A DNA stretch of 64,000 nt, from the IMG/VR virus record IMGVR_UViG_3300042868_010004, positions 1-64,000 of that record. One strand, given 5' to 3'. This DNA comes from a virus. Positions 42,792 to 52,180 of the stretch are shown here, piece by piece. Under the pieces are notes generated by a model. That model saw nothing but the letters and a program-made list of their open reading frames with translations, was not told the origin of the DNA and ran no database searches. The translations under genes were made by a program, and so were the position numbers. How positions within the stretch are numbered: position 1 is the first letter of the stretch; each line of letters opens with the position of its first letter.

Positions 42792-43461
42792 GGAGTTTAG
42801 AGGTTGGCGCAACCGTCTTGCTTTTGGGTTTAGTTGCTGCGATATTCTGGATGTCCCAATTGACTTTGACATCCATGACGAGACGGGGTATTCCGACATG
42901 ATCGACTAGGCCATAGTCCTTACATTGCTCGGCACTAAGGAAGAAGTCGGCATTGTTGTTCTTCTTAATCAGATTTTTGAAAAAAGATTTCGGCTTTCCG
43001 GCGTTCTGCGCAAGGATATCCATCAGTTCGTCGTTCAATTTTTGTGTTTCAAGGGCGTCCGAAATAATATCGGAGGACTTTCCTTCGGAGGCGGTGGCAA
43101 CCTCGTGGATCATCAGCTTAGAATTGGGCGACATCCAGCGGTAGCCCTTTGTGCAAGAGGAGAGTAGGAGAGACGCCGCACTGAATACCATTCCACCGCC
43201 GAACCCCATGACCGGAACGGGCGAATTAATAACTAGATCGCGAATCTGGTTGAGTTCAAACACACTGCCGCCGGGTGAGTTAATACTAAGGCAAACCATC
43301 GGTTGGTGGCTATTAATGATGGCGTTGAATAACATCGCGAAATGAGACGCGGAGTATTCGGAAAATTCGTTAATCGTGATAACCTTTGGTTCAAATGTCC
43401 GAGGGATACCCTCCTCATCATTAATGATTAGACCAGCGGGAATTTTGGTTTGGGTGAGCAT
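42763..43461 (-). CDS. clpP: ClpP-like ATP-dependent protease proteolytic subunit
   Basis: INSPGGSV, catalytic Ser in FSAAS, His in MIHE, Asp in DFFLSAEQCKDYGLVD. Confidence 0.92.
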   Translation of the reverse strand: MLTQTKIPAGLIINDEEGIPRTFEPKVITINEFSEYSASHFAMLFNAIINSHQPMVCLSINSPGGSVFELNQIRDLVINSPVPVMGFGGGMVFSAASLLLSSCTKGYRWMSPNSKLMIHEVATASEGKSSDIISDALETQKLNDELMDILAQNAGKPKSFFKNLIKKNNNADFFLSAEQCKDYGLVDHVGIPRLVMDVKVNWDIQNIAATKPKSKTVAPTSKLLKKPSGQKS

Positions 43462-43511
43462 AAGGATTTAGTTAGAGCGTTATTAGTTTTTGTAGAAAAT
43501 TCTTGAATTAG

Positions 43512-44657
43512 TCAATATTTGTTTCTTTTCTTAGGGATGTAATCAACGGGTTTTTCAATAATTTCTTCGCTTGGAAAATTGAGGCGATTCAGATTCACCG
43601 AATTTACGCGGCAATGATAGTCATGCGCGCGAGCTGCCGACACTTCATCTAAATGAATCTCTCTAATTCTATTTCCATTAAAGGTTAATATCATTTCCCA
43701 TGTTTTTGGACTTCTTTTGTTGACCCCGTTAAATACAGAGGTTTTACCTTTTCTTCTAAAAAGTGGTTTATTGGGGTTTGTCCTTTTTTCATAAATCTCT
43801 TTCCCTTCGGAAATATAAGAGTCTTTAGAAACTAGATTTGGAAAATTCATTACCGCATCTTCGCCGTGAAGATAATAGGTGACTTTATCTCTAACGACAG
43901 CCGCTTCCTCCTCTGTGTTATATCTTCCCAGAAATACTCGGTTGCCCTTTCCTGCGGTTGCCCGGGCATTAAAAGCAGATCCATCATGTAGAACTTCCAG
44001 ATATTTACTTTTAGGTTTGCGGATAACGCAAATTTTATCCAAATATTCTGTTATGTTCATATTCAAATACTCTTCTTTTTTGTCCGGATGAATCAAAACA
44101 GCTTTCTCGCCATATTGAAATATAGAAGCGATGTCTCTTGCCGTTTCAGCATCTTCTTTATTTTCAAACCTCTTGCTCACATTTTTACCATTATAAAACA
44201 TATTGAAACACCATTTATTTCTTTTTTTGTCCCACGAAACGCCGTGGCTTCGGTTTCTTGATTTTATATGGGAGTTTAATCCAATCATCTTTCGAGTTTC
44301 ATCGGAAACAAATTCCTTACCGTCCCCATAGCCATCTATAGTCAGATTATACCCATAATTCGGATCAATCGCGTTATAATATTTGATATAAAAACCCTCT
44401 AAAAATACACAATGTTTAAAACTATTAGCTGAATCAATCTGTTTTATTTCAAAATTTTCTATACCATATTTTCTCATTGTGTGATAAAGATAGGTCATAC
44501 CTACTTTTTTACCAGATTTCAAAGTATATTTTTCTCCATGCTTAGCGTGCGCTTTATGCACTGACCATCTGTGGAACAAAGACTTCTCCGTCTTGCCTAT
44601 ATAGAATTTTCGGGTTATTAGGTTCAGGATACGGTATAAAATATATGTTTTTGGCAT
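43512..44657 (-). CDS. Free-standing GIY-YIG homing endonuclease with three AP2-like DNA-binding repeats
   Basis: YILYRILNLITRKFYIGKT; HGVSWDKKRNKW...AETARD; LGRYNTEEEAAVVRD..MNFP; FNGV...SAARAHD..LNFP. Confidence 0.88.
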   Translation of the reverse strand: MPKTYILYRILNLITRKFYIGKTEKSLFHRWSVHKAHAKHGEKYTLKSGKKVGMTYLYHTMRKYGIENFEIKQIDSANSFKHCVFLEGFYIKYYNAIDPNYGYNLTIDGYGDGKEFVSDETRKMIGLNSHIKSRNRSHGVSWDKKRNKWCFNMFYNGKNVSKRFENKEDAETARDIASIFQYGEKAVLIHPDKKEEYLNMNITEYLDKICVIRKPKSKYLEVLHDGSAFNARATAGKGNRVFLGRYNTEEEAAVVRDKVTYYLHGEDAVMNFPNLVSKDSYISEGKEIYEKRTNPNKPLFRRKGKTSVFNGVNKRSPKTWEMILTFNGNRIREIHLDEVSAARAHDYHCRVNSVNLNRLNFPSEEIIEKPVDYIPKKRNKY

Positions 44658-44714
44658 CTCGCATTAAGAATACACGGAAAACGATCCGCTGGGATTCTTA
44701 AATGGAGAACTATG

Positions 44715-45500
44715 TCATTTTAAAAATCCGAACCTTTCAATCACGAATCCGAGAATCTTATTCCTTTTAATATCTGTATGGTCAAATGAGAAGCAGTGAA
44801 TACCATTATCCTGACATTCCTCGCTGTTGAATAAATCAAAAATATTCATAAAAGCGCTCTTTTTTACATTTGACTGGCATTGATCGCCAATAATGGCCAT
44901 TTTTGAGAATTTACCCAAGCGGCTCATTGACAAGCGGAAATCCGTCCCGTTTAAATCTTCCGCCTCATCCAGAATAATGAAGCTAGCATTGAATGAACGG
45001 CCTTTTAGGAAGCCGATAGGGAGCGATTGAATATATCCCCCTTCAAAGAGTTTTTTAATCTCGTTCTGTGGGAGTAATTCGCTCAATTGGTCGATCATCG
45101 GAAGAGTATATGCTTCCATTTTCTCGTCCAAGCCTCCTCGGAGATAACCAAGACCATAACTGGCGCTTTCAACGGGCATACGGAAAAAATAAATATTCTT
45201 AACGCGACCCTGCTGAAGTAGTTTGAGGCCGATATAGACGGCAACAAGCGTCTTGCCCACCCCCGCCGGAGCTTGGCAAATAATATAATTAGTTTCCTTC
45301 TCTAACGCCCGATCAATCATCTTTTGTTGTTTAGCGGTAAAGGGAAAATCTTTAACAGTAAGGTCGAACGTGAGGGCCTTCCCTTGGAATACGGACTCCG
45401 TATTATCTTTCTTCTGTTCTCCCCCTCCCTCCAATTCATTAGTCCGATCTGCCTTTTTTGCCTTCTCTGCCTGATTTTTTAACCTTTTGGGTTTTGACAT
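44715..45500 (-). CDS. phoH: PhoH-family ATPase
   Basis: APAGVGKT, LGYLRGGLDEK, FLKGRSF, IILDEAEDL, SRLGKFSKMAIIGD.Q. Confidence 0.93.
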   Translation of the reverse strand: MSKPKRLKNQAEKAKKADRTNELEGGGEQKKDNTESVFQGKALTFDLTVKDFPFTAKQQKMIDRALEKETNYIICQAPAGVGKTLVAVYIGLKLLQQGRVKNIYFFRMPVESASYGLGYLRGGLDEKMEAYTLPMIDQLSELLPQNEIKKLFEGGYIQSLPIGFLKGRSFNASFIILDEAEDLNGTDFRLSMSRLGKFSKMAIIGDQCQSNVKKSAFMNIFDLFNSEECQDNGIHCFSFDHTDIKRNKILGFVIERFGFLK

Positions 45501-45694
45501 AATTTTATTTTTTAATTAAATGAAACGAACAGGTGATGGGTTTTGCCCGTTCGGAGTTTACAAGAAAACCCCTCCGCCAAGAACTGATTCTCCCTGAAAA
45601 CAATAAAGTTCAATCAATCCGTTCTACACCGCCTTAGAACCGTGTAAACCCTCTTACAAGGTTTAAGGATTTTTCCCAATTTTATAAGGCTCGT

Positions 45695-46774
45695 ATGGCA
45701 TACAACATTCTAAAAACTCTCCCCGCCGTCATTCAAACGGCCTTGGGTCTGAAACAAAACACTCCCCGAGTCGTCACCTCAAGCACGCAAGCCAGCATTG
45801 ATGAAGTCTTGCATGTAACTGCAACATCGACAATTAGCGATCCCGATTCCCCGACTGAGGGAAAAGGTTTTACGGTTATCGTCAGAAATGGCACTGCAAC
45901 GGTCGGGGGCACGGCATATTCTGTCGCCGGAACGGAAATCAAAAGAATTTATCAGTCTGCCTCATACGTTAATTATGTAAAGTCTGCCGAGACAACCGTT
46001 GGAACTTCATTAGTTCAAGCCTCTGATGCTGCCAGTGTTCGTAATGCGGCGGGGGCAACGGCGGGGGTCTTCCCGGCCAATGTCGTTGCTAGTGCGGGGA
46101 CTTCGGCGGCGGGTGTGGTTCCGGGCATTGGAGGAGTTTTACCAGATAATGCACCCACCGTTCGCCAGCTTTCGCGCATGGTAACTCTGGATATTGGTAA
46201 TGATACCCCGGCTGTTACAGGAAGCGGTAATTCGGCGGTGGCGGCAGGCAGTAATTTGCAGTCCTGCATTGACCAGACTTCAGGCACCACAGCGGGAAGC
46301 ACTGCCGAACGTCTCATAACGATGTTAGGGAATACCGGCGGCGCGCAAACTATCCCCGGCCCTGTGCGTTTTTCTTTTCGTTTTCATTTTGCATCATTTA
46401 CCGCAAACGGAATTACTAGAGTTTTTCTTGGAGGAACCCAAGCAACGGCAGCTTTAGCGGCGGCGGGCTTTGGTTTCGAGGTGCGTAATACTCGTGTTTG
46501 GTTGGTTGCTCATAATGGTACAACACTAACGAGCCTAGATACCGGGTTTGATTGCAATTCCTCGCATCTTTTTGATATTACACTCTCCGCTGGTAGCGTT
46601 GTTTTAACTTCCTTCAATTGGTCAACTCAAGTAACAAGCACTATCGGTACTATAAGCGGGGGTCCGGCAGTTGGCGCGGCATTCACGGGCCTGCTCTGTG
46701 TTGGAAACATTAACGGAGCGGATTCCGCAGCGATGCGCTGGTTTTATGGTCGCAATATTAGTATTCTTTTCTAA
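45695..46774 (+). CDS. Thr/Gly/Ala-rich fibre-like virion protein
   Basis: Composition, a beta-rich C-terminus and a downstream fibre-assembly-like gene. Confidence 0.55.
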   Translation: MAYNILKTLPAVIQTALGLKQNTPRVVTSSTQASIDEVLHVTATSTISDPDSPTEGKGFTVIVRNGTATVGGTAYSVAGTEIKRIYQSASYVNYVKSAETTVGTSLVQASDAASVRNAAGATAGVFPANVVASAGTSAAGVVPGIGGVLPDNAPTVRQLSRMVTLDIGNDTPAVTGSGNSAVAAGSNLQSCIDQTSGTTAGSTAERLITMLGNTGGAQTIPGPVRFSFRFHFASFTANGITRVFLGGTQATAALAAAGFGFEVRNTRVWLVAHNGTTLTSLDTGFDCNSSHLFDITLSAGSVVLTSFNWSTQVTSTIGTISGGPAVGAAFTGLLCVGNINGADSAAMRWFYGRNISILF

Positions 46775-46776
46775 TT

Positions 46777-47223
46777 ATGAACTTATACATCTTAAAACAC
46801 CCCAATCCGTCCACACTTTTAGCTAAAATATATGCTAATGAAGCACCAGACGGATACGAAGAAAGCACAGAGGAAGCCGCTGAAGAATGGGTCGCCGCGC
46901 AACTTGCCGCCGGGTGGGTGCCCGCGCCGCCTCCCGAACCAACCGGACGCCTCACCCTAGCTCAAGCTGAATCCCTATTAGACTCAATCCTAGATGATTG
47001 GGCTCGGGCCAAAGGCTATGTTGATGCCGCCCGCTGTATAACCTACGCGAATGATCCCGATGAGACCTTTCAATCCGAAGGTCAGGCTATGCTCGCCGCT
47101 CGATCCAGTGTTTGGGTCGCCTGCCGCGCGATGATTTCCGCGCCTGACTTCAATGGGGTTATGACCGAGGCCGGAGTTCGATCCTTCGCCGCGCCGTTTG
47201 CGCCTTATTGGATAGAATCATGA
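46777..47223 (+). CDS. Tail-fibre assembly/chaperone-like protein
   Basis: LDSILDDWARAKGYVDAARCITYAND...FQSEGQAMLAARSSVW resembles a recalled phage fibre-assembly family. Confidence 0.6.
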   Translation: MNLYILKHPNPSTLLAKIYANEAPDGYEESTEEAAEEWVAAQLAAGWVPAPPPEPTGRLTLAQAESLLDSILDDWARAKGYVDAARCITYANDPDETFQSEGQAMLAARSSVWVACRAMISAPDFNGVMTEAGVRSFAAPFAPYWIES

Positions 47224-48308
47224 AAAATTTTATTAAAAATGTAGGGCGGAATCTCCGGGAGAATTATCGAGCATATCTCTTCGGAATTGCAATGCTCGGA
47301 CTGATTGCCTCGCTGTCATCTTGTAAAACGGTTGACTCCCCCTATGTCAAGCGGACGACTCTTGAAAATAAAATAACAGAACTCGGAATACAGAAAGAAC
47401 AGGCAATCAAAGTCGCGACTCAGGATATTATACAGAAGAAGAACGTCGAAATTTCCTCTATAACCCTGAATTTTCAAAATACGGCTGATTGGCTATATGG
47501 CTCACGGCTTGCCTTGGATTTATTCGAGCCAAAGGGTCGTCTGTGGGATATTACATCAAATCGTCTGAATACCGCCGCGAGTTATGCTCCCCCGCCCTCC
47601 CGCGAGGCATTGATCGAACAGGTCAAGACTCTGAAGGAAGAGTTAGACGAGAGCAAAGTCAGTAATGAAGAACTGAGCGCTCGATATAACAAAGCTCGTG
47701 AAGATGCCGTGATTGCTGTCCAGACACAGGAAGCCGCGAAGATTGAGGCGGAAAATGCAGTTCGGAAATTGACCGAGACGGAGCTGGAGTGGGAAAAGAA
47801 AATTGGCGGGGTTCAACTTGAACTGATCGAAGCGCAGAAGAAAATTCAGGCCGATTCCGATGAGAAAAAGCGTCAGGACGAATGGCGGCGCGCTCAAATT
47901 CAAAAACTCATGTATGTTTCCGGTGGCTTGTCTTTACTGGCTTTGGCGGGAGCCATCTTTATTCCTGTCGCCAAGAGAGAACTAGGCTCGCTTGCGGCAA
48001 TTTTGGGCGGAATAACAGTGCTTCTCCCTTTTGTTACCCCTTTTCAAGCCTCATTGGTCTTTGGAATTGGCTTGGCCCTTGTATTATTTGTCATTCTCCG
48101 CAAGCTTTTCATTAAGGATAAGTCGGAAAAAGCCGTCTATCGCGCGGTTCAAGAATACAAGACGGAAAAGCCGGGGGACTTCAATGTTAATCTAGCTCCA
48201 AAACTAGAAAATTGGACTGGTAAGTATGATAAGGATGGAAAAGTGGTTAAAGACGAAGTAATTGTTAAACACATTGACAGCATTCTGCTGGAAACTGAAG
48301 CGAAATAA
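47220..48308 (+). CDS. Lipoprotein with a long coiled coil and C-terminal TM helices (spanin candidate)
   Basis: Lipobox IASLSSC, heptad-rich middle and about three hydrophobic segments near the C-terminus. Confidence 0.65.
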   Translation: MKNFIKNVGRNLRENYRAYLFGIAMLGLIASLSSCKTVDSPYVKRTTLENKITELGIQKEQAIKVATQDIIQKKNVEISSITLNFQNTADWLYGSRLALDLFEPKGRLWDITSNRLNTAASYAPPPSREALIEQVKTLKEELDESKVSNEELSARYNKAREDAVIAVQTQEAAKIEAENAVRKLTETELEWEKKIGGVQLELIEAQKKIQADSDEKKRQDEWRRAQIQKLMYVSGGLSLLALAGAIFIPVAKRELGSLAAILGGITVLLPFVTPFQASLVFGIGLALVLFVILRKLFIKDKSEKAVYRAVQEYKTEKPGDFNVNLAPKLENWTGKYDKDGKVVKDEVIVKHIDSILLETEAK

Positions 48309-48338
48309 TTCCAGAAACCTTCCCAAAACAACATCTTA

Positions 48339-48369
48339 GGTGTAACCTTTTCTCTGGGTTACACCTTTT
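48339..48369 (+). terminator. Intrinsic terminator with a GGTGTAACC/GGTTACACC stem
   Basis: Perfect 9-bp stem followed by T6. Confidence 0.85.
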
Positions 48370-48460
48370 TTATTGTTTTAGAGAAAGAATTTTTGCCTTT
48401 TTCGACTTTTCTTCACAAAAGATAATACAACCAATCGTTCAATCCAACAATTATTCCGTC

Positions 48461-48877
48461 ATGGCACAAAAAACCTACTGCGTCAATCCGAAATGCGCCA
48501 AACCTATTGAATACGCTTACGAGAAGCCCAAGTTTTGCCCTTTTTGCGGTAATTCTTTGACGGCAATTCTAGCTCGACCCATTCCCGCCTATAATCCCTA
48601 TACAAGCCCTGCGCCCGCATCCCGCCCGGAACCTTCCCGCGCTTCCCGGCAATTCAGCCAGCCGAGCCCCGGACTGAGTTCGGTTCAGCGACGAATGGAA
48701 GCACGGAGAAATCGAGGGACTGACGATGACGATTCAGAGGATTACGATGACGATGATTATGAAGAATCCTCTGCTTTCATTGACTTTAATAATTTCCAAT
48801 TTAAGGCAACCGTCCGAGTTCCCCAAGAACCCAAAATGACCCTCGGGGATTTCGTAAACAAAGAGGATAAGAAGTAA
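48461..48877 (+). CDS. Zn-ribbon protein with an acidic tract
   Basis: CVNPKC...CPFCG; DDDDSEDYDDDDYEE. Confidence 0.8.
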   Translation: MAQKTYCVNPKCAKPIEYAYEKPKFCPFCGNSLTAILARPIPAYNPYTSPAPASRPEPSRASRQFSQPSPGLSSVQRRMEARRNRGTDDDDSEDYDDDDYEESSAFIDFNNFQFKATVRVPQEPKMTLGDFVNKEDKK

Positions 48878-48892
48878 TTCTGCCTTTCCTGT

Positions 48893-49609
48893 ATGTCAAA
48901 CCTACTTGGTGTTAGAAAGCCTCGGCACGAACGGCAATCAAATGGTCCCCTTCTGTATGAGGACTGTTCGGCGGTCATAGATAAGGAAATCAGAAAGCGC
49001 CGTCATAAATGGCTCTATCACCATATTGAATGGGATGATGTCGCTCAAACCATTCGCGCCAAGATTGCTCTCCGTTGGGGTCATTGGGATCAAACAAGGC
49101 CGCTTGCGCCCTATGTTAACCGTATTATAACCCGACATTTACAAAATTTAGTTCGGGATTCTTACGCCAAACTCGTTAAGCCCTGCGTGAAGTGCGCGGG
49201 CAATGAAGGTGAAAATTTCTGCCGATTCACGGCGTCAAAAACCCAGTGCGCCCAATGCCCCCTGTATGCTGAATGGCAGAAGAGCCGGGAGTCCGCTTTT
49301 AATGTCAGTCTGCCGGTCCCAATTGAGAATCATATTGATGAGGTCGTGAATATTCAGGAAGATTTCGTTGATATTGAAGATGGAAGGCAGAAATTAACCA
49401 AACTGCTAAAAAAGCATCTGACGCCGGTTGAATACAAGATTTATGTCTGGTTCTTTGTTGAGGGCCGCGACGATATGTATGTCTCGCAGAAGATGAATTT
49501 GAAGACAACCGAGGAAAATCGTATTCCGGGCTATCGGACAATTAAGAAATACAAGGTTCTGATCGAACAGAAGACTCGGGCGATCCTGAAAGAGCATGAC
49601 TTATTTTAA
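48893..49609 (+). CDS. Second sigma70-like factor with a Cys-rich insertion
   Basis: EWDDVAQTIRAKIALRWGHWDQTRPLAPYVNRIITRHLQNLVRD (region 2-like); CVKC..C..CAQC; LTPVEYKIY (region 4 start). Confidence 0.7.
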   Translation: MSNLLGVRKPRHERQSNGPLLYEDCSAVIDKEIRKRRHKWLYHHIEWDDVAQTIRAKIALRWGHWDQTRPLAPYVNRIITRHLQNLVRDSYAKLVKPCVKCAGNEGENFCRFTASKTQCAQCPLYAEWQKSRESAFNVSLPVPIENHIDEVVNIQEDFVDIEDGRQKLTKLLKKHLTPVEYKIYVWFFVEGRDDMYVSQKMNLKTTEENRIPGYRTIKKYKVLIEQKTRAILKEHDLF

Positions 49610-49670
49610 AGCGCCAAATTTGATATGCTAATCTAGTTTTTCTCACTTAAAATACCAAATATAATCACTT

Positions 49671-50816
49671 ATGGCGCGCAATTATAAGAAAAAAGTCGAT
49701 CAATTACAACTGACAGAAGAGCAAGTTCAGTTCATCGAGGAAAACTGGGATAAGAAGAGCGTGATTGAGGTCGCGCAAGTTGTCTTTGCCGACCCGACCA
49801 TTGATGGGCATCGGGCGGAGGCGCGGAAGATTAAGGAATACATTTTGAAGAGGTTTGGTCAGGAGGTAAGCGCGAAAGCAAATCCCCCGCCTAAGACTGC
49901 GCAGATTGGACTCAGTAAAGAACAAGAGGAGTTAATTCGTAACAATATCGACCAATTCAATAATCCGGAGGAGGCGGCACAACTCTGCTTTCCGGAGAAA
50001 TACAAAGGAAATGCAAAGGTTTTGCCGACAGATAGGGAATTTTTATGGGTTTATGCTTTTATGCAGTCGGTCAATCCGAGTGTAATTTCTCGGGAAGATC
50101 AGTTGGCCGATGAGGTTGAGTATCGTCCGCCGGGTAGTATAGCGAGAATGGTTCCCAGAGTTAATCTCTATGTAACGAAAGGATCAACTGAAGATAATAA
50201 GAAATTTCTTGACCCGATGAATCTAAAACCGCAAGAGCGTCGTTTTGTCGAGGCTCTAATTGGTTACATGAAAACCCACCGCTTTGTCATGGTGATGAAT
50301 GAATACAAAATGAAGATTGATAGGGAGCTGGCCGAGTCCTCTTTTGTTCGTTGGTGCTATGGCAAGGACGATCTTCTTGAAGAAGAGGTTGATCGCTATA
50401 TTTCCCTCGTGGAAGAGGTTGTAGATTCTGCAAAAATTCGCCGACAGATTGAAGATCTTGACCGTGAGGCGAATAGATTAAGAAAGGGAGAAGATCCAGA
50501 GGGAAAAAAAATGAGCATGACCCTTGTGGAATTAATGAATAGCCAGAGAGACAAACTCAAGATGTCAAAAGACCGTGGTGAAAAACTATTGTCAAACCTT
50601 ATTGACTCGCGCGCTGAAAGATTGAAAAAGAGGGTGCAAGAAAATTCATCAATCATTAATTTAGTCGAAGCATGGAAGAACGAAGAAAAAAGACTGGAAT
50701 TGTTGGAATTGGCCGAACTTGAAGCTCAGGCCGACGAACACGAAATAGACAAACTTTCTTCAATGGACGCCGTTGTGGCGCTTATTGCGGGTATTCAAAA
50801 ACAAGAACTTAGATAA
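49671..50816 (+). CDS. Hypothetical protein with a C-terminal coiled coil (possible small-terminase-like role)
   Basis: 381 aa, upstream of the ERCC4 and terminase genes; the role is a positional guess. Confidence 0.6.
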   Translation: MARNYKKKVDQLQLTEEQVQFIEENWDKKSVIEVAQVVFADPTIDGHRAEARKIKEYILKRFGQEVSAKANPPPKTAQIGLSKEQEELIRNNIDQFNNPEEAAQLCFPEKYKGNAKVLPTDREFLWVYAFMQSVNPSVISREDQLADEVEYRPPGSIARMVPRVNLYVTKGSTEDNKKFLDPMNLKPQERRFVEALIGYMKTHRFVMVMNEYKMKIDRELAESSFVRWCYGKDDLLEEEVDRYISLVEEVVDSAKIRRQIEDLDREANRLRKGEDPEGKKMSMTLVELMNSQRDKLKMSKDRGEKLLSNLIDSRAERLKKRVQENSSIINLVEAWKNEEKRLELLELAELEAQADEHEIDKLSSMDAVVALIAGIQKQELR

Positions 50817-50839
50817 CAAAAACAAACAAAATAAATATT

Positions 50840-52180
50840 ATGGGTCGCAAAACCAAAACATTTACGGAAGAACAGGAAAATGAAATTATTAAGGATTACC
50901 TCGGGGGTATGTTCCACAAGGAGCTACTAAAAAAGTGGGCTCTGGCCCATTATAAGTGGCGCGAAATCAAAGACCGGCGTGGCGTCGGTGATAGACGACC
51001 TGATTACTCCCATTTACCCAAAGATGAGGTTGCCGCTGATTACTCCGCTGGCATGCGGATTCCGGCCCTGATGGAAAAGTATAAATGCACGAAAGACGCG
51101 ATTTATGACATTACCAAACCTCTTAAGGTGGAAAGTCCGTTCTGGGTGCGGAGGGGATCTTCTGTGGAGAAGAGAATTTTAGAGCTACATGCCCTTGGTT
51201 GGCCCGCTCTTCCGATTGGGCGAGAGGTAGGAAAGAGCCAGTGCTGTGTTATTGGATGCTTGGAGAGGAATGGACTGAAGGCAGATAATCATTTGGCGGT
51301 TCCATTAGACGAGCACGATGTTGTTTGCGCTAGATATTTAGCGGGGGAAAGTTCGGAAGATATTGCTAAAACTTACCAAACCGCCGGATGTGTTATCCGT
51401 AATGTTTTAGAAAAAAATGGAATTGCTCGCCGTGGGATGAGTGAAGCTAGGCAAATTTATTCTATTAATCAAGATTATTTTGACGTAATTGACTCGGTAG
51501 AAAAGGCTTATATTATCGGTTACTTTTATGCGGATGCATGCAACAAAACCTACGACAGAACGGTTTCGATGGGCCTTTCCATTGTTGACGAAGAAATTCT
51601 GCATAAAATCAAAAAATGGATGGGAACAGAAGATAGACCCCTTCGCTATTTTCAACACGAGACAAAAAGCGGAGAAATAAAAGATTACGTTGAGCTAAAT
51701 ATTTATAACAAAAAAATTAGCGAAAAACTAGAAGAGATAGGTATTGTTCGCGCGAAAAGCTATGTTGAAATTCTTGATCTACCCAAGGGGATTCCCTACT
51801 CCCTGATACGCCACTTTCTTCGCGGGTTGATTGACGGTGACGGATGTATTTTCACGGCTAACACGGCAGAGTTTAACTTGGATTGCAGCGTCATGGGTAA
51901 TCCCGTATTGCTCGGAAAGTTGGCCGACCATATTCATAAAGAAATTGGTTATCTCCCAACTATTCGTGAAGCTAATTTGATAGAAAATACGAAATGTCGT
52001 AGCCGAAACATGTATATCGCCGGGAATCGGAATTGCGTTAAATTCCTGCAATGGCTCTACAAGGATCATAATGGTGCTCGGCTTGAAAGAAAATATCAAA
52101 AGTATAAGGGTGTAATTTCTGATTATTTTTCCAGAATTAAGGGTTCAGAAGATTTAGCGGAGTATAACTATGTTCATTAA
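50840..52180 (+). CDS. Free-standing LAGLIDADG homing endonuclease with N-terminal HTH-like repeats
   Basis: YFDVIDSVEKAYIIGYFYADAC and FLRGLIDGDGCI. Confidence 0.9.
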   Translation: MGRKTKTFTEEQENEIIKDYLGGMFHKELLKKWALAHYKWREIKDRRGVGDRRPDYSHLPKDEVAADYSAGMRIPALMEKYKCTKDAIYDITKPLKVESPFWVRRGSSVEKRILELHALGWPALPIGREVGKSQCCVIGCLERNGLKADNHLAVPLDEHDVVCARYLAGESSEDIAKTYQTAGCVIRNVLEKNGIARRGMSEARQIYSINQDYFDVIDSVEKAYIIGYFYADACNKTYDRTVSMGLSIVDEEILHKIKKWMGTEDRPLRYFQHETKSGEIKDYVELNIYNKKISEKLEEIGIVRAKSYVEILDLPKGIPYSLIRHFLRGLIDGDGCIFTANTAEFNLDCSVMGNPVLLGKLADHIHKEIGYLPTIREANLIENTKCRSRNMYIAGNRNCVKFLQWLYKDHNGARLERKYQKYKGVISDYFSRIKGSEDLAEYNYVH

